Shown: one piece after another, positions 62,060 to 64,000 of the stretch
Layout of the letters: the number at the start of each line of letters is the position of its first letter
Numbering within the stretch: the stretch's first letter is position 1
From: Chlorokybus atmophyticus
Lineage: Eukaryota; Plantae; Mesostigma and Chlorokybus algae
NCBI GenBank assembly: GCA_009103225.1
Contig: RHPI01000797.1
Location: forward strand, 371,064 to 435,063
Direction of reading: 5' to 3'
DNA: 64,000 nucleotides
Notes under the pieces: generated by a model
Databases searched by the model: none
Told to the model about the DNA's origin: nothing
The model's input: the letters and a program-made list of their open reading frames with translations, nothing else
Made by a program: the position numbers and the translations under genes

Positions 62060-63793
62060 ATGTCACGTGACGCGACGGACCACAACAGCATTGGCGGCGA
62101 CGGAGAAGGAAGAGGAGGAGGAGAAAGAGGGGGAGAAGGAGACAGTGTGTGTAGAAGAGGAGCAGGTGGAGGAAATTTACTGCACCAGGAGCAAAGAACC
62201 GGGATGGAGGCAGCGGAGGAGGCAACTGAAGGCGCCTATCTTGGGGAAAACCATCTGAGGCAGATTACCGGAGAGGAGGTAAGACTCGCAGTGCCATAGA
62301 TGAACGAATCAAAGTGCTCCGCGTTGCACATCCCTTTTGACTCATCAGAACAGAGTGGCTGCGACTACGACAATGCAAAGCAATGATGTGGCAACACGCA
62401 TACGCAGCATTCGGTTGGAATGGTTTAGCTAGTAAACTGTAAACTTTGAAACCGTGACACAACAGCAATCCTAATCAACAAATGTGTTCGGTAGGATTTG
62501 ACCCAAGTCTGCCAGTTGGAGCTGGTGGCTGACACTACCGAAGCTTCGTTGAGCGCCATTGGGGAGGTGAGAATTCAAGCAATATGTTACAAGTCCAGTA
62601 TCTACTGCACCGTTGACCGTGTTGAACCTCAGAACTTGAGTAACCTTAAGCGTATGAAGTTGAGCGGCAGCAGCATTGAATCTGTCAGGTAAGTAAACTG
62701 ATAAGTACCTTTCATGTGGATCCATTGTGTCCATGTATGAAATCAAAGTGGTTATTATATATCACCTTCCACGCAATGTTAGGCATCTTGGGACCGCTTT
62801 GCGCAACCTTCAAGTTCTTTGGCTGGCGCGATGCGGGTTGCGGGTGAGTCATTGAAACATTATTCCCTTGCAAGAACAATGTTTGATGAGTGCAGTCAGT
62901 CAGCCACATTACTTGCTTGCCCTTCGTAAAGGACCTGGAGGGGATAGCGGGGCTGCCGCAGCTGCGAGAGCTGTATGCTAGCTTCAACGATATCAGCGAC
63001 CTCGCACCCCTCTCAGATTCTAAGCATCTGCAGGTGATGCGCTACGTGTCAGTCGCTGTCATATGCACACATGCGCGTGCGCATGCACACCAACCAAGCA
63101 CATACACAAACAGACAGGTACACAGACAAGCTCACAACTGAGCACTGCATCACCGCAGGTTTTGGATATGGAAGCCAACCGTGTGGACGACATCGACGCG
63201 ATAGGGTTGTTCCTGTCCGATTGCAAGCAGCTCGTGACATTGACGCTGGAAGGAAATTTAGTGACAGCTCAGCCTCACTATCGTGGCCGTGTTTGCCAGA
63301 TGCTCAACCAGGTCTGCAAGACTGCGACACCTTCGCCTGCTTTGGCACAGACTTTTGCTTGTGATGCATATGAAAAAGCGTACTGGCGACGTGGCTGTAA
63401 ACAATAGAAACCAGCCAGCAGAGAACGATAGAATACATCACCGTCACTGTAGTACCACTCGGTATCACGTTGACATGGCAGCTGGTGCAAGAGCACTCAC
63501 TCATTGACTTAGCTCATTGTTTTCTTCACTTAGATATGGCAGCTGGTCCATACAAGTGCACTCACTCACTGGCTTACTTATCATTGTTCCATTTGTTACT
63601 GTGGTGCAGTTGGAACTATTGGACGAGCGGCCAGTTTCAGACTCAGACCGCCTTGCAGTGCCTTCAACCATGGACGAACAAGCTGGCAGCTCACAGTCCA
63701 CCGTGGAACAGGCAAATCCATCAGCTGGACCTGATCGAGAGTTGGCGCTAGTAGAGGACGGCATCAAGTACGCCAAGCCGGACGTTGCAACGG
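62060..63793 (+). CDS. LRRC56: Leucine-rich repeat protein 56 homologue (ODA8-like, ciliary); 3'-partial
   Basis: NLKRMKLSGSSIESVR|HLGTALRNLQVLWLARCGLR|DLEGIAGLPQLRELYASFNDISDLAPL ... VLDMEANRVDD...LVTLTLEGN. Near-verbatim match to LRRC56 blocks as recalled. The gene continues past the window end. Confidence 0.88.
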
Positions 63794-64000
63794 TATGGCT
63801 GCTTTCAGCCTTTGAATGCAATAGACGCACATGCATGCTCAAACATATAGATCTGTGCGTATGCACACTGAGAACCTGTCGAATGCTGTTCTCAACAGAT
63901 TGCAGATGACTGGTGGTCGCGCATTCAGTCGAGCTTGCCAAGTACATCGGTAAGCCACCCATATACCCAGCTATCGGGCAAGCACAACTGTAACAATCAC

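Overview
Intron-rich eukaryotic nuclear DNA in the standard genetic code, with three N-gaps and one single-N join. A nuclear-encoded plastid ribosomal protein (bL28c), plant-type TOM40, TIM50, SERINC, TOP6B and SPO11-2, and cilium-associated genes (IQCH, LRRC56) together point to a flagellated green alga, either a basal streptophyte (Mesostigma-like) or a prasinophyte. That assignment is inference. I assembled 16 spliced gene models by hand (IQCH, CKS1, AP3M, SPO11-2, TOM40, TIM50, SERINC, TBCCD1-like, TOP6B, soluble epoxide hydrolase, DUF885, RPL28, TMEM177-like, P-loop ATPase, PH-domain plastid protein, LRRC56). There is also a 1,126-bp duplicate of part of the ATPase gene. Most ORFs in the supplied track are spurious products of (CA/TG)n, (CT)n and GC-rich repeats. 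I found no rRNA, tRNA, CRISPR array or intact transposon, and no clear-cut new multi-gene system. The best leads are: (1) a TMEM177 homologue that keeps a complete M48-type zinc-protease site (HELVH...EFRAD); (2) a possibly membrane-anchored DUF885 protein whose metal-binding motifs are degenerate; (3) a C-rich-acceptor / G-rich-donor polarity across exons and introns of IQCH; (4) a ~215-aa Tyr/acidic N-terminal extension on SPO11-2. All family assignments come from remembered motifs, not database searches.
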